A DNA stretch of 64,000 nt from Bacteroidota bacterium (GTDB taxonomy: Bacteria > Bacteroidota > Bacteroidia > Bacteroidales > FEN-979): assembly GCA_037141915.1 (NCBI GenBank), contig JBAXBP010000001.1, positions 1,267 through 65,266 of the forward strand, in the 5' to 3' direction. Each line of letters starts with the position of its first letter. Positions within the stretch are counted from its first letter, which is position 1. Shown piece after piece: positions 1-9,501 of this stretch. The position numbers and the translations under genes were made by a program. The notes beneath the pieces are model-generated. The model saw nothing but the letters and a program-made list of their open reading frames with translations. It was not told where the DNA came from and made no database searches.

Positions 1-377
1 GCCCACATCATTTCACACAGTATGGTCATGCGGTCAAAGTAAGGCCCCGGTTCCATCTCCAGGTTGGCATGCTCATGGTACCAGGAATACAGTTGGAAAG
101 TTGTTTCGGGAATAAATTCGCTTTTGAACCTGATCATCCACATGTCGCACTTGCCGTCTTTCGGTCCAGGTTTCACAAGATGGGCCTTGCCCTGGGAAAC
201 AAAGCTGATGAAGGGGGCGAACAGGTTCTTAGATTTGAAATCGATGAAATGCCCTATCCGGCCCTGCATCCCGATCAGAAGTTCCTCATAATCGTGGATG
301 TGCGGACCGTTATCCTCCGAAGAGATCCTGTCAACTTCACTGGCATCGAGCCTGGATATGCTGAAGAGCTGTTCCAT
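1..377 (-). CDS. AraC-family transcriptional regulator, N-terminal effector-domain part; the gene runs off the left window edge
   Basis: I translated the minus strand from the ATG (complement of 375..377): MEQLFSISRLDASEVDRISSEDNGPHIHDYEELLIGMQGRIGHFIDFKSKNLFAPFISFVSQGKAHLVKPG... The frame stays open to base 1. The PH.HD..E.L....G.G...IDF pattern is typical of the cupin-like N-domain of Bacteroidota AraC regulators. It is missing from the ORF track because no stop falls in the window. Track ORF 69..443(+) is its antisense shadow. Confidence 0.6.
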   Translation of the reverse strand, partial: MEQLFSISRLDASEVDRISSEDNGPHIHDYEELLIGMQGRIGHFIDFKSKNLFAPFISFVSQGKAHLVKPGPKDGKCDMWMIRFKSEFIPETTFQLYSWYHEHANLEMEPGPYFDRMTILCEMMW

Positions 378-481
378 GAATGTAAATATATGAAAAAGCG
401 GGAAACAGGGTTGGACTCCCTTGCCAGCCTGAAAAATGAGTAAATTTGGTGTCTGAAATCCACATACAAAAAACAAATAAC

Positions 482-688
482 ATGCCGGTAATCACATTGG
501 AAGGGCCGTTCCTTCCCGAAGACAAGAAGGAGCAGCTGATCAGGGAATACACCAGGATTTCAACGGAGATCACGGGAATTCCAAAGGAAGCATTTGTAAT
601 TTTCATCAAGGAGAACCCATACGAGAACATGGGCCAGGGCGGGATCACCATCAAGGAAAAACTGAAGAACCAGCCTAAACCTGAGTAA
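482..688 (+). CDS. 4-oxalocrotonate tautomerase family protein
   Basis: Track ORF 446..688 begins at TTG. The in-frame ATG at 482 gives MPVITLEGPFLPEDKKEQLIREYTRISTEITGIPKEAFVIFIKE..., with the catalytic Pro-1 directly after Met and the ~65-aa beta-alpha-beta size of the tautomerase superfamily. Confidence 0.8.
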   Translation: MPVITLEGPFLPEDKKEQLIREYTRISTEITGIPKEAFVIFIKENPYENMGQGGITIKEKLKNQPKPE

Positions 689-722
689 GGCGCAGCTGAA
701 GGAACCTGACCATCAGAAATTT

Positions 723-1292
723 TCAATTGCTTACATTGACCAGTTTGCCGTCAGGTTTAAACTGAACGTGATCTCCCCTTTTTACTTTCACTCCCTGGAT
801 TATGCATGTTTTTGCAACTTTGCATTGCCGGAGATTCCCGTTATCATACAACAGGACTTCCACACCTCCCGCTTTGTCATTCCAGAAACTTGCTTCCATC
901 GCGGTAACTCCCTGAATTTCGGTGGGCCTTGCCAGCCATACGGTCTGCAGTTTCCCGTTCGGATAAAAGGAGATCTGCCATTCACCGACCCCCTCACCTT
1001 TGCAAGGCAGGCCCTGTATCATGAGATCATCGCGAAGAAAGCACCACTGCAGCGATCCGTCTTCGGTAAGACATATCCTGGTTCCCCGGGGTAAATAATT
1101 CCCATTCAAAGTATCATTTTCTCCGAGGATGGTTTCTTTCAGTTTCCCGTTTTCATAACGGCTGGCGTACTCGCTGCAGGGGATGCCCTGGATCTTTTCT
1201 GGCTTGTCAAGCTTGTTCACATTGTTCTGACAGGAAACAAAAACCATCAGAAGAGGTACAAACATCATTGGGAAAATGGCAGAATTTTTCAT
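723..1292 (-). CDS. Lipoprotein with MORN-variant (YwqK-like) repeats
   Basis: Signal peptide MKNSAIFPMMFVPLLMVFVSC with a lipobox-like Cys. Repeated Y/F-x-N/D-G-K/N-L units: YENGKLKE, FYPNGKLQ, LYDNGNLR, FKPDGKLV. Confidence 0.65.
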   Translation of the reverse strand: MKNSAIFPMMFVPLLMVFVSCQNNVNKLDKPEKIQGIPCSEYASRYENGKLKETILGENDTLNGNYLPRGTRICLTEDGSLQWCFLRDDLMIQGLPCKGEGVGEWQISFYPNGKLQTVWLARPTEIQGVTAMEASFWNDKAGGVEVLLYDNGNLRQCKVAKTCIIQGVKVKRGDHVQFKPDGKLVNVSN

Positions 1293-1440
1293 ATATAACT
1301 CTTTTCCAGCAATGTAAATATAGATATTATTTTACCGGATTGCAACAGGAATCATGTCTTTCGACACACAAATATTATACATCCTGATTGATATTTCTGT
1401 TTTTTATGATTATTTTTGGTTGATCATAACATCCAGGGTG

Positions 1441-2178
1441 ATGAACTGCATTATTATCGATGATGAAAAGCATTGCATCAAAACGCTGACCGGCCAGCTT
1501 GAGACTTATTTCAGCCAGGTGAAGATCCTGGCCAGCTGCCTGGATTCAACTATAGCCTATGACCTGATTGTTCAGCATAAACCTGATTTCATTTTCCTGG
1601 ATATCGAAATGCCCTTGCTGAACGGGTTCGACCTGCTTTCAAAATTTGAAACCCTTACGTTTGATGTGATCTTTACCACCGCCTACGATTCGTATGCTTT
1701 AAAGGCCATCAAGTTCAGTGCGCTCGACTACCTGTTGAAACCGATTTCGAAGGAGGATCTTGCTGCTGCTATCGAAAAGCTCGGTAAAAAGCATGGTACG
1801 ATAAGCCGGGCCCAGATCCAGATGGCAACTGCGGTGCACAACAAGCAGCTTCCCGATACCATTGCACTGCCGACAGCCGACGGTCTCATGTTCACCCATG
1901 TTGGTGATATTGTTTATTGCACTGCGGATGGCAGTTACACTAGGGTATCCCTGTTTGATAAAGGCGAGATCCTGCTTTCAAAACCCCTGGGCGATGTTGA
2001 AGATTTACTCGCCGATTATCATTTCTTCCGCATCCATAATTCTTCCCTGGTCAACCTGAAGCAGGTCAGGAAGTACATACGGGGTGAAGGTGGCGAAGTA
2101 GTCATGAGCAACGGGCAGAACCTCCAGGTGGCGCGTATGAGAAAAACAGATTTTCTTAATGTTTTTCTAAGATTTTGA
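1441..2178 (+). CDS. LytR/AlgR-family response regulator (REC + LytTR DNA-binding domain)
   Basis: From the internal ATG at 1441 the protein reads MNCIIIDDEKHCIKTL...PDFIFLDIEMPLLNGFDLL...FTTAYDSYALKAIKFSALDYLLKP (receiver domain), then ...YCTADGSYTRVSL...FFRIHNSSLVNLKQV (LytTR domain). The 29 codons upstream in track ORF 1354..2178 look non-homologous. Confidence 0.9.
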   Translation: MNCIIIDDEKHCIKTLTGQLETYFSQVKILASCLDSTIAYDLIVQHKPDFIFLDIEMPLLNGFDLLSKFETLTFDVIFTTAYDSYALKAIKFSALDYLLKPISKEDLAAAIEKLGKKHGTISRAQIQMATAVHNKQLPDTIALPTADGLMFTHVGDIVYCTADGSYTRVSLFDKGEILLSKPLGDVEDLLADYHFFRIHNSSLVNLKQVRKYIRGEGGEVVMSNGQNLQVARMRKTDFLNVFLRF

Positions 2179-2288
2179 CCTGATAAGGAGATTACATAAT
2201 TTCCGCAGGTTATCAATAAATTACTGCCGGTTATCAAATTAATACCACCTACGGCAAACTACAGCTTTTCTTTATTATTCTCACAGCA

Positions 2289-2296
2289 TACTTTTG
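2289..2296 (+). promoter_or_regulatory. Candidate Bacteroidota -7 promoter box (TAnnTTTG) for gene 2318..3541
   Basis: TACTTTTG lies 22 nt upstream of the ATG. No convincing -33 TTTG element is seen. Confidence 0.3.
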
Positions 2297-2317
2297 TTTA
2301 AAAAAACCTGAATACAT

Positions 2318-3541
2318 ATGAAAAAAGAAATTTTACTTTCAATTGGAATGTTACTGGCCGGTCTCAATTCATTCTCACAATGGAATGCATTAGTCAGCGG
2401 AATATCTACCGATATTAATTGTGTTTTTTTTACCGATGTCAATAAAGGTTGCGCAGTCTGTAACGGAGGAACTATTTTAAAAACCACCGACGGGGGCCTT
2501 AACTGGACGACCCCAATGAGTGGAACATCTTTTGATTTATGGGCAGTGCACTTTCCCGATGCCAATACAGGTTATGCTGTGGGTAACGGATCAACCATCA
2601 TAAAAACCATCAATGGAGGCACAACCTGGAATATCGTATCCCAGGGTACATACACATCATGGTTATCAGGGGTTTTCTTTGTCAATTCCGATACAGGTTA
2701 TGTGGTAGGGGACGGCGGATTAATTATTAAAACCTTCAATGGTGGCACGACCTGGATTCCGCAATTCACGGGAGTGACTTTTACCATAAGGTCAGTTTAT
2801 TTTGTCAATACAACTACAGGGTACGCAGTCGGCGGCAATAATTATCCTCAATCCACAGGACTAATCTTAAAAACAACCGATGGAGGAAGTAACTGGACGG
2901 TTTTATCTCATCCATTAACCGGGCTTATCAATTGGGTTTACTTTACCAGTGCCGAAACTGGATATGCTGTAGGTGGCAGTGACGCTCATAACCCAGGAGC
3001 CATTTTCAGAACCATCGACGGAGGCCAGACCTGGGATGTTCAATTCCCCGGAACCAATTGGTTGTGGTCGATTTACTTTACAGATGCCAATACTGGTTAT
3101 ACGGTGGGTGAGCTTGGCGCCATATTGAAAACCACGGATGCAGGAATAACCTGGACTTCACAAGAGAGCGCAACATCAGATAATTTATGGACAGTTTGCT
3201 TTCCCAAAGCCGATACGGCATATACAGCAGGTGCAAACGGAACTCTTCTTAAAACAACTAATGGCGGGTACCCCGTTGGTATAAAAGAAAAAGGACGAAA
3301 CAGCATTTTAACCATTGATCCTAATCCCGCAAGTGAAAAAATAAACATTGGATTGCCGGGTTTTTCAGCCGGCATCAATGGAACAGTGATTGTTTATGGA
3401 ATGGACGGAAGGGAGTTGAAGAAGCAAACGACAGAAGGGGCCGGGGTTGAATTAAACATCAGTTCACTTGCAAGGGGTATCTACTACATTCATTTTATCA
3501 GCCAGGGAAAAACAGAAACCGGAAAGTTCATAAAGGAATAA
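2318..3541 (+). CDS. Secreted BNR/Ycf48-like beta-propeller repeat protein with T9SS C-terminal sorting domain
   Basis: N-terminal signal peptide. About 7 repeats of T(T/I)(D/N)GG.(T/N)W (TTDGGLNWT, TINGGTTWN, TFNGGTTWI, TTDGGSNWT, TIDGGQTWD, TTDAGITWT, TTNGG). C-terminus LTIDPNPASEKINIGL...GIYYIHFISQGKTETGKFIKE is typical of a type-A T9SS CTD. Confidence 0.8.
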   Translation: MKKEILLSIGMLLAGLNSFSQWNALVSGISTDINCVFFTDVNKGCAVCNGGTILKTTDGGLNWTTPMSGTSFDLWAVHFPDANTGYAVGNGSTIIKTINGGTTWNIVSQGTYTSWLSGVFFVNSDTGYVVGDGGLIIKTFNGGTTWIPQFTGVTFTIRSVYFVNTTTGYAVGGNNYPQSTGLILKTTDGGSNWTVLSHPLTGLINWVYFTSAETGYAVGGSDAHNPGAIFRTIDGGQTWDVQFPGTNWLWSIYFTDANTGYTVGELGAILKTTDAGITWTSQESATSDNLWTVCFPKADTAYTAGANGTLLKTTNGGYPVGIKEKGRNSILTIDPNPASEKINIGLPGFSAGINGTVIVYGMDGRELKKQTTEGAGVELNISSLARGIYYIHFISQGKTETGKFIKE

Positions 3542-3588
3542 CAGCAAGGAAGCAGCAAATGTAAAATCCTTGTTACTTTTACAGTATC

Positions 3589-5640
3589 ATGAAAAACATG
3601 GGTTACATTAGTTGGCTGATAATCCTTCTGATCATTTTATTCAGCAGCAATAATATTGCCAGCGCATCTGAGAAAGATAGACTCCTGGTACAAATTTCTA
3701 AAGAGGCAAGCGATACAACCAGGATTAAATTAATTGTTCGTTATGCAATGATTTATGCGCAAGCCCGGGAATTAAAGCGATTGTACGATGAAATTTCCAG
3801 GCTTTCGCTTAAAAACCATTATCGCCCAGGGTTGATTTACACACGTTTCTTTGAAGTTCTTTGTCTGGCCGACAGTGGCAGGCAAGATGAAGCGATTGAG
3901 AAATGTAAACGATGTATAGACGGACTGGATTCCCTGGGAGTTATTCAACCAATAGATTATCCGCTGTATAATATTCATTTCCTGTTCAAACTTGCAGGTA
4001 AGCCGGTGGAGATGTTCAGGTATTATTCTGATAAACTTATTTTTTACAGAAATCACGGTCCTATTGAAAATACCGGATCCTGCTATCATGGTTTAGCATT
4101 ATATTATTATTCCATTGCTGACTATGATAAGGCCATAGGGTATTACTTACGTGCCCTTGACGTCTACAGCACTTTTGACCCGCTGGGAGTTCTCAATGAA
4201 AGGGGTATTATCGGGGAGATGTACATGGAATGGGGAAACCTGGATAAGGCAGAATTCTACCTGAAAACGGCATTGAAAAACCAGGAAAGCAGCACTGAAG
4301 TCTTTGACAATGATTCTTATGATCTGTCAGGGAATTTCTACTTTAAAAAACATGAATTCAGAAAGGCGCTTCAATGTTTCTTAGAAGGTAAAAAACATAT
4401 TAAAGAAATGGAACCATTCTTTCAAGCCAATAATCATGTCAGAGTTGCCTCGGTTTACCTGCAACTTGGTTTATTAGATAGCGCAAAGATATACCTTGAC
4501 AGTGCCGAAATGATCAGGAAAAAAGAACAAACAGGAATATATTTTACGAATAATTTTCTTGATATTGACTTTTACTTTTACATGTATAACAATGCGACAG
4601 GGAATGAAAAGCGCGCACTTCAAAGTCTCAAAGCAGCCCTAGGCAAGGCCCAGTCATCAAAAAATATTCTGCTGGTATTGAAGTGTACCAATGAACTTCA
4701 TTCTTTCCTGATAAAGAGGGGTGATTCCCTTCAAGCCTTTCACTATCTGATCAAGTACCATGCTCTAAAGGATTCTGTTGAGGCCGTGAATACCCAGGCC
4801 AGGATCGCCAGTTTTGAAATTGAGCAGCAACAGCAACAGAAGGAGAATGAAATCTTACAACTGCAAATCCAGAAAACAACGCAACGTAACTATTACCTGA
4901 TAGGTGGAACTTTGTTATTGCTGATTGTCCTGGTAGTGCTCAGCAGGCTTCGCTACAAAAGGAAGAGAGACAGCGAACAACTTGCAACGGAATTTAAAAA
5001 GCAATTGGCAGAGGCTGAGACCAAAGCCCTCAGGGCGCAAATGAACCCTCACTTCATTTTCAATTCCCTGAATTCGATCAACAGTTTAGTAATGGAGCAA
5101 AAGCATGAGATCGCATCCGAGTACCTCATCAAGTTCTCGAAACTTATCAGGCTAATCCTGGATAATTCCCGAAGTGAGAGGATCTCTCTTGAGAAAGAAC
5201 TGGAAACATTGAAATTGTATGTCATTTTGGAAAGTGCCCGTTTCGATGGGAGATTCAAATGTGTATATACGATTGCGGATGATATTAATGCCAGTTCCAT
5301 CATGATCCCACCTATGCTGTTGCAACCATTTGTTGAAAATGCGATCTGGCACGGGCTGATGCAAAAGGAGGGGGAGGGAGCCATCATAATAGAAATCAAA
5401 TGGGAGAGCGAGGAGTTCCTCAGCATTTCAATCACTGATGATGGTATTGGCCGTGAAAAGGCAGCGCAACTGAAAAGCAAATCGGCAACTCATAAATCGC
5501 ATGGACTTAAGGTTACTTCCGAAAGGATCGAAATGATGAACAAACTCAATTCCACCGGTGCCCGGGTTAATATTACCGATCTGAAGGATGAAAGGGGAAA
5601 TGCAGCGGGAACCAAGGTAAAGATCATCATTCCTGTTTAA
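3589..5640 (+). CDS. Membrane sensor histidine kinase, LytS/YehU type, with TPR-like N-terminal region
   Basis: Signal/TM at the N-terminus, a TPR-like helical region, a coiled coil (EIEQQQQQKENEILQLQIQK) and a TM segment (YYLIGGTLLLLIVLVVL). The His_kinase motif AQMNPHFIFNSLNSINSL follows, then HATPase_c (LLQPFVENAIWHG...ITDDGIGREK...). This is the cognate type for LytTR regulators. Confidence 0.85.
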   Translation: MKNMGYISWLIILLIILFSSNNIASASEKDRLLVQISKEASDTTRIKLIVRYAMIYAQARELKRLYDEISRLSLKNHYRPGLIYTRFFEVLCLADSGRQDEAIEKCKRCIDGLDSLGVIQPIDYPLYNIHFLFKLAGKPVEMFRYYSDKLIFYRNHGPIENTGSCYHGLALYYYSIADYDKAIGYYLRALDVYSTFDPLGVLNERGIIGEMYMEWGNLDKAEFYLKTALKNQESSTEVFDNDSYDLSGNFYFKKHEFRKALQCFLEGKKHIKEMEPFFQANNHVRVASVYLQLGLLDSAKIYLDSAEMIRKKEQTGIYFTNNFLDIDFYFYMYNNATGNEKRALQSLKAALGKAQSSKNILLVLKCTNELHSFLIKRGDSLQAFHYLIKYHALKDSVEAVNTQARIASFEIEQQQQQKENEILQLQIQKTTQRNYYLIGGTLLLLIVLVVLSRLRYKRKRDSEQLATEFKKQLAEAETKALRAQMNPHFIFNSLNSINSLVMEQKHEIASEYLIKFSKLIRLILDNSRSERISLEKELETLKLYVILESARFDGRFKCVYTIADDINASSIMIPPMLLQPFVENAIWHGLMQKEGEGAIIIEIKWESEEFLSISITDDGIGREKAAQLKSKSATHKSHGLKVTSERIEMMNKLNSTGARVNITDLKDERGNAAGTKVKIIIPV

Positions 5641-5789
5641 AAGAAATAATATGAAAATAAAATGTCGGCAGCTAAATCATCATCTTTACTGCATTCAGAG
5701 GAACTTCCAGCCATTATCAGAATCACACTGGTCATAAAACATTTCCTGCATAATATCAATTCCCTGTTGACTTTACATATTTATATATC

Positions 5790-5797
5790 TATATTTG
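5790..5797 (+). promoter_or_regulatory. Candidate -7 promoter box (TATATTTG) with a TTG 20 nt upstream (5767..5769), for gene 5884..8199
   Basis: Matches the Bacteroidota TTTG-N19-21-TAnnTTTG promoter pattern. It lies 86 nt upstream of the ATG. Confidence 0.35.
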
Positions 5798-5883
5798 ATT
5801 CATAATCATTCCTGATCCCTTAATTTTACAAGGCAGGTATATTATGTGAGGTAATTCTTATCAAGTCATCAAAACTGAAAACC

Positions 5884-8199
5884 ATGAAAAAATCTATACT
5901 CTTTGTTCTGACGATGCTCCTTTACACAGCTGTAGTTGCGCAATACTCAGATCCCAGGGGGAATTCACCTGTCAATAATTTCCAGCTGAGGCCGAACGGT
6001 CGGGAACAGGTAATAAAGTCAAATTCAACACTTCCAAAGCCTGCCAGGAAAGAGATTCCCGGTACAAAGGGAATACAAGCTGATTCTTACCTTTCTCCAA
6101 CCTTTGATCCCACCTGGGGGAGCCGGTTCCAGGCGGTCCTTGACAGTGCAGTGGCTGCGACGGGTGTAAAAGGGGCATCGGCTGCCGTGCTGGTGCCAGG
6201 GTTGGGCCTTTGGACAGGTGTCAGTGGAACCTCATCAGCCGGAGTTCCTGTAACCCGTGCAATGCGTTTCGGATGGGCGAGCAACACTAAGCTGTTTATT
6301 GCCGTTACCCTCGCTAAGCTGCAGGAGCAGGGGGTCCTATCGCTGGACGATCATTTGTACCAATGGCTGCCTTCTTACCAGTATGTTGATTCAACCACAA
6401 CCATCAGGCAGCTTCTGTCACATCAAAGCGGAATATTCGATTTCTGGAATGATAATATCAACTGGTTCTGGAATACAATAGAAGCGGATACCGCACGTTT
6501 CTGGACGCCGCCTGAAGTACTGGCCTCCATCGGAGCACCACATTTCAACCCCGGTAACGGGTACAGCTATTCCAACACGAATTACCTCCTTGCAGGAATG
6601 GTTATAGAAGCGGCAACCGGAAAAACCTGGGTTCAGAAGCTGCATGATGTTATTTTCGATCCCCTGACCATGGACAGCACTTTTGTTGGGGCTTTTGAAC
6701 CGCGCAACGGGCCGGTAGTTCATGAATGGATTTACAACATGGGTGAGATCGTGAACACTCCCATGACATCAGCCTATAGTTTGACCAATGCATCCGCAGC
6801 GCTGATGTCTACTCCCCAGGAAATGGTGGAATGGTACAATGCATTATTAAATGGTACCATAATCTCAGATCAGTCTTTACAGGAAGTCCTGGATTTTGAC
6901 CCGTCTTCAATGTATGGACTTGGTATCCAGGAATGGATGTACAATAATCATTACGGGTATGGCCATTCCGGTGCACAGATCGGCTGCCTGTCGGAAGTTC
7001 TTTATGACGCCAAAACCAAATCACTGATCAGTCTCATCACGAACCAGCGTATCAATAATTTCGGCAACATACTTATTCCGATGCTGGATGTTCTGATCAA
7101 GGAATATCCGAAACAACAGGATGACGCAGGGATCAGCGGGATTCTCGGTCCCTGGGAAAATTCATGCATTGCAACTATTACCCCTTCGGTGAAGCTGACG
7201 AATTTCGGAAGCGCCACACTGACATCCTCAAGCATTCATTATAAAATTGATGCAGGAACCGCTTCTGTTTATGCCTGGTCCGGCTCACTGGCAACCGGGG
7301 ATACGGTCAATGTGGTACTGCCACAGGTAAGCACAGGTGATGGCTATCATGTGTTCACCTGTTATACAACTCTTCCGAACGGTGCACCGGATGGTAATGC
7401 ATATAATGATACAACAAAAAGTAATTTCATAGTCAATGCCTCGGGCCCGGCGATTTCAGTCTTATCGGAGGGGTTCGATACTACGGTTTTTCCGCCGGCG
7501 GGATGGTGTACAAACTCGTCTTCCTATCTTCAATGGGGACAATCCTCTTTGGCCCGTTTCAGCGGATCGGGTTCAGCTGTCATGAATAATTATTTAGGTT
7601 TCACCGGGGCAATTTATGATCTTGATCTGCCATACCTGCAAATAGGCAACGGGACAAATCCCAGTCTTGACTTTGACTATGCCTATGCTATGTATCCGGG
7701 TTTGTACGGTGATTCCCTGAAGGTCCTTATTTCAGCTGATTGCGGGACCACCTGGCAAACATTATTTAACAAAGGAGGCAATTCACTCCATACTACCTCT
7801 AACTCCAGCGCTCCGTTTTATCCCCAGACCAGCAATCAATGGAAACATGAATCCTTTTCCCTTGGAACTTTCCCGGGTGATGTGCTGATAAGGTTCCGGA
7901 GTGTTTGCGGCCACAGTAACAACCTTTGGATCGACAACGTAAGCGTTTCATTCCCGACAGGCATAACCGATACAAAACCATCCGGCGAGTTCACGGTCTA
8001 TCCAATTCCCGCTTCCGATATTATCAATATTTCAGGGCTTCCTTTGAATTCTGAAATTCAACTCACGGATCTGACTGGGAAACTTCTCATGGGACGAAGA
8101 GTGTTGAACAGTATTTTCACCTTAGATATACGTGGGTTGCAGCCTGGAGTCTATGTTTTAAGAAGTAATTGCGGAGTTAAGAAAATAATAAAGATGTAG
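5884..8199 (+). CDS. Secreted serine hydrolase (beta-lactamase/DD-peptidase fold) with accessory domain and T9SS C-terminal sorting domain
   Basis: Signal peptide. S-x-x-K motif (ASNTKLF), Y-x-N motif (YSYSNTNY) and an HSG triad-like motif (GYGHSGAQ). The middle region contains FPPAGW (choice-of-anchor/MAM-like). C-terminus FTVYPIPASDIINISGL...GVYVLRSNCGVKKIIKM is a T9SS CTD. Confidence 0.8.
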   Translation: MKKSILFVLTMLLYTAVVAQYSDPRGNSPVNNFQLRPNGREQVIKSNSTLPKPARKEIPGTKGIQADSYLSPTFDPTWGSRFQAVLDSAVAATGVKGASAAVLVPGLGLWTGVSGTSSAGVPVTRAMRFGWASNTKLFIAVTLAKLQEQGVLSLDDHLYQWLPSYQYVDSTTTIRQLLSHQSGIFDFWNDNINWFWNTIEADTARFWTPPEVLASIGAPHFNPGNGYSYSNTNYLLAGMVIEAATGKTWVQKLHDVIFDPLTMDSTFVGAFEPRNGPVVHEWIYNMGEIVNTPMTSAYSLTNASAALMSTPQEMVEWYNALLNGTIISDQSLQEVLDFDPSSMYGLGIQEWMYNNHYGYGHSGAQIGCLSEVLYDAKTKSLISLITNQRINNFGNILIPMLDVLIKEYPKQQDDAGISGILGPWENSCIATITPSVKLTNFGSATLTSSSIHYKIDAGTASVYAWSGSLATGDTVNVVLPQVSTGDGYHVFTCYTTLPNGAPDGNAYNDTTKSNFIVNASGPAISVLSEGFDTTVFPPAGWCTNSSSYLQWGQSSLARFSGSGSAVMNNYLGFTGAIYDLDLPYLQIGNGTNPSLDFDYAYAMYPGLYGDSLKVLISADCGTTWQTLFNKGGNSLHTTSNSSAPFYPQTSNQWKHESFSLGTFPGDVLIRFRSVCGHSNNLWIDNVSVSFPTGITDTKPSGEFTVYPIPASDIINISGLPLNSEIQLTDLTGKLLMGRRVLNSIFTLDIRGLQPGVYVLRSNCGVKKIIKM

Positions 8200-8430
8200 G
8201 GGCAATTACTGAACATTTCAATTACGGACGATGGCATTGGCCGGGAAAAAGCGGCGGAGCTGAAAAGCAAGTCGGCCACTCATTTGTCATATGGGTTGAA
8301 GGTGCCTTCTCAAAGGTTCGAAATGATGAACAGGCTCAATTCAGACGGAGCCCGGGTGAATATTACAGACCTGAAAGATGAGAAGGGCCTGGCAAAAGGT
8401 ACCAGGGTGGAACTGATCATTCCGGTTTAA
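8200..8430 (+). pseudogene. Orphan 3' remnant of a LytS-type histidine kinase gene (HATPase_c C-terminal ~70 codons)
   Basis: Reads GQLLNISITDDGIGREKAAELKSKSATHLSYGLKVPSQRFEMMNRLNSDGARVNITDLKDEKGLAKGTRVELIIPV*. This parallels the C-terminus of the intact kinase at 5410..5640 (SISITDDGIGREKAAQLKSKSATHKSHGLKVTSERIEMMNKLNSTGARVNITDLKDERGNAAGTKVKIIIPV*). There is no start codon and no upstream kinase domains. It begins right after, and in the same frame as, the TAG stop of 5884..8199. Confidence 0.75.
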
Positions 8431-8454
8431 ATAAATTTTTCTTATGAACCTGCT

Positions 8455-9051
8455 TTATGATCTGGCAAAGTCAATCAATGGGCCATAGGTTCCAAGATCT
8501 GCCTGATAAATGGCATTCAAATAGATCCTCCGGGCATCGCTTTTCTTTGCGAGATTCGCACTTCCCCACGAAAACACGGGTCGATTAAAATACTGAGAAA
8601 TTAGGATGTCGGAACAGAGCCGGGAATGCCTTCCATTTCCATTTGAAAAAAGATGGGTTTTCACTAATCGATGTTTAAAACGGATCGCTATTTCATCAGG
8701 ATCGAAGGTGTTATGATCGATCCAGTATCTGCAATCATCCAGTACTTTTCTTAGCTCTATTGAAATCTGAAATTTATCAACCCCAATGTTTTTATTAGTT
8801 TTACGCAATTTCCCAGCCCAATTCCAAACCTTACCGAACATTTGTTTGTGTACTTCCAGGATGAATGCTTCAGACAGGATCTCATTCATTGAAAATTTCC
8901 TTCGCATAGTCCATGCTATGGCCATTTCAATATTTTTTTGTTCAAATTCATCCAATTCTGCCCTGGTTGAAATAGTCCTGATTTTAAGGCCCTCCTTTTC
9001 ATCTTCATCAATGGGCGTCTGGCCTTCGATATATTCCAATTCTAGTCCCAT
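8455..9051 (-). CDS. Fic/DOC family protein (mobile mystery protein B type)
   Basis: Fic active-site motif HLFSNGNGRHSR (H.F..GNGR..R) is encoded at 8620..8655. Size (~200 aa) and the 10-nt overlap with an upstream HTH gene match the MMP-A/MMP-B pair. Confidence 0.85.
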   Translation of the reverse strand: MGLELEYIEGQTPIDEDEKEGLKIRTISTRAELDEFEQKNIEMAIAWTMRRKFSMNEILSEAFILEVHKQMFGKVWNWAGKLRKTNKNIGVDKFQISIELRKVLDDCRYWIDHNTFDPDEIAIRFKHRLVKTHLFSNGNGRHSRLCSDILISQYFNRPVFSWGSANLAKKSDARRIYLNAIYQADLGTYGPLIDFARS

Positions 9052-9500
9052 AAATACTTTGGCATTTCATGATTTATTTCTGCCGCTTTTTCATTAATCG
9101 CTTTTTGTAACCGTTCTTCTGAATTTTCCTGATCCTCAAGTTTCATACTTGTGGAGGTTCTTAGGACAATTTCAGTGGCAATTTCCAACGCCTTTTTATC
9201 GATCATTTGTGCCAGAGATCCACTGTTTGGAATAAATCCGTAAACCAATTTCATATCAAGGCTGGAGCCAACCTGGCGCAGAACATTCAAAGATACCGTC
9301 CCGTTTTTTTCGCGGGTTTCAATTTCCTTTACACTCTGAGCTGTAATCCTTGCTCTTTTCCCTAATTGCCTGAGCGACATACCCAACGCTTTCCTGATTG
9401 AATATATCCATCCTTCCTGGGGGATTATAAAAGATTCAGGAACCTTTATCTGTTGAATCTTGTTATCAACCTGTTCCAATATTAATTTTTGTGTCTTCAT
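9042..9500 (-). CDS. XRE-type HTH protein (mobile mystery protein A type), putative antitoxin/regulator of the Fic protein
   Basis: The segment IRKALGMSLRQLGKRARITAQSVKEIETREKNGTVSLNVLRQV is a Cro/C1-type HTH. The gene overlaps the Fic gene start by 10 nt. Confidence 0.8.
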   Translation of the reverse strand: MKTQKLILEQVDNKIQQIKVPESFIIPQEGWIYSIRKALGMSLRQLGKRARITAQSVKEIETREKNGTVSLNVLRQVGSSLDMKLVYGFIPNSGSLAQMIDKKALEIATEIVLRTSTSMKLEDQENSEERLQKAINEKAAEINHEMPKYLWD

Positions 9501-9501
9501 A

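Noticed and set aside
69-443. Track ORF of 124 aa on the plus strand at the left edge
   Set aside because: The opposite strand encodes a much more protein-like AraC-type N-domain, open from 377 to base 1. The plus-strand ORF is its antisense shadow and has no recognisable motifs.
337-726. Track ORF of 129 aa on the minus strand overlapping the tautomerase gene
   Set aside because: It fully overlaps the well-supported tautomerase CDS (482..688) on the other strand and has low-complexity, motif-free sequence.
5651-5737. 28-codon ORF starting MKIKC right after the kinase stop, reminiscent of the MKIKC(L/I)I(V/I)DDE start of LytTR response regulators
   Set aside because: Only five residues match before the sequence diverges (RQLNHHLYC...). 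That is too short to claim a truncated response-regulator remnant. I note it only as weak support for rearrangement at this locus.
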